Of a stretch of 28,652 bases of DNA, positions 27,860 through 28,652 are shown in pieces. Position 1 is the stretch's first letter. Each line of letters starts with the position of its first letter. The position numbers and the translations under genes are program-made. The stretch lies in NCBI GenBank assembly GCA_041742355.1, contig JBGSIV010000158.1, forward strand, positions 1 to 28,652, in the 5' to 3' direction. The DNA comes from Candidatus Zixiibacteriota bacterium. Its GTDB lineage: Bacteria > Zixibacteria > MSB-5A5 > GN15 > FEB-12. The notes beneath the pieces are model-generated. The model was not told the origin of the DNA and did no database searches. It saw only the letters and a program-made list of their open reading frames with translations.

Positions 27860-28413
27860 CAAAATCGCATGCAAACTGATGGAGATTGCCCCATGGTCCA
27901 CAGTAAGTATAAGACAGAGTGTCCGGCAGCTTAAAGTCAACGTGTCGGCAAGGGGAGAGGCAGGGCAAATGTACGACCAGAGTCCAAGGCGAGCCCCTCG
28001 ACTTCTTTCCTGTCACCCCGGCGGAGAGCCTGCCCCGGACTCGATCCGGGGCCGGGGACCAGTCACGCCCAGGACATCGGTATGCTGAGACTTACCAAAA
28101 CGAACCCAACCGTAGATCGGCGTTCCAAGGGGTTAGGTCGAGGTTCCGAGGGGCGTCAGCCCCGAGAAACCCGACTGTGCGTCAATCATGGAAAGACAGT
28201 GGAGAGCTATGAACACACAGGGGAAACTGCGCAAACGAACCCAATTCCCCCTTCTGTCACCCCGGGCTTGGCCCGGGGCCCAGTCACGCTCAGGTCTACC
28301 GTAGGCCAGGATTGGCAAACGAACCCAATCTCTTACCTGTAGGTCAGGTCGCTTGCGGCCTGACGGCGAGACAAACACGGAAAGGGTAAATTGCGCAAAC
28401 GAACCCAATCCCC
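27860..28413 (+). repeat. Modular non-coding element, copy 2 (leader A + modules C', B, C, D)
   Basis: Leader 27871-27922 is identical to 13266-13317. MAAACGAACCCAAY occurs at 28097, 28232, 28316 and 28396. Confidence 0.9.
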
Positions 28414-28563
28414 TCAAGACAGGGCCGGGGTATCCATATAATCTAATGCAAAGCAACGACTTAATGACGCCGCAAGCCCGACCCCACCCCCAAACGTATA
28501 CGCAGAAAGCGCCCCGCCCCTACTTCCCATAGCTTTCCCGCCCTCAACACCTTATCTTGGGCC

Positions 28564-28652
28564 ATGGCGCTCCACAACACCATGAGACGACACACGTTCA
28601 CATCCCTGCTCCCGGCAGCCCTGCTTGTGGCCCTGCTGCTGCCCGGCCTTGC
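28564..28652 (+). CDS. Secreted protein, 5' fragment (runs off window end)
   Basis: M(ALHNTM)RRHTFTSLLPAALLVALLLPGL is a typical signal peptide. Start is ATG 28564 or 28582. Confidence 0.5.
   Translation, partial: MALHNTMRRHTFTSLLPAALLVALLLPGL

Overview
This is a GC-rich bacterial window. The expanded set of secreted proteins ending in a Cys-flanked dockerin-like domain suggests a Zixibacteria-like lineage (inference). The left part holds a partial DUF1028 gene, an M19 dipeptidase, three secreted dockerin-tailed proteins (S1 protease-PKD-cohesin, choice-of-anchor-B/LVIVD-cohesin, FG-GAP) and a YVTN propeller lipoprotein. The middle holds two GYD-domain paralogues, a GNAT, a cytochrome b/EB_dh(DOMON) fusion and DUF899. 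It also carries class II ribonucleotide reductase (nrdJ) with tandem NrdR boxes, and a beta-barrel plus monoheme cytochrome pair behind a Fur/Zur-like operator. The right part holds pgsA-pgpA-cinA-thpR (no recA after it) and a large, more AT-rich SBBP/dockerin surface protein. The most unusual signal is non-coding. A modular element occurs twice (about 13255-13668 and 27860-28413). It consists of an identical 52-bp leader followed by shuffled modules, each ending in CAAACGAACCCAAT and most carrying an interchangeable REP-like hairpin, within dense co-oriented hairpin clusters. A candidate sRNA of about 80 nt, bounded by a promoter and a terminator, lies at about 19345-19426.
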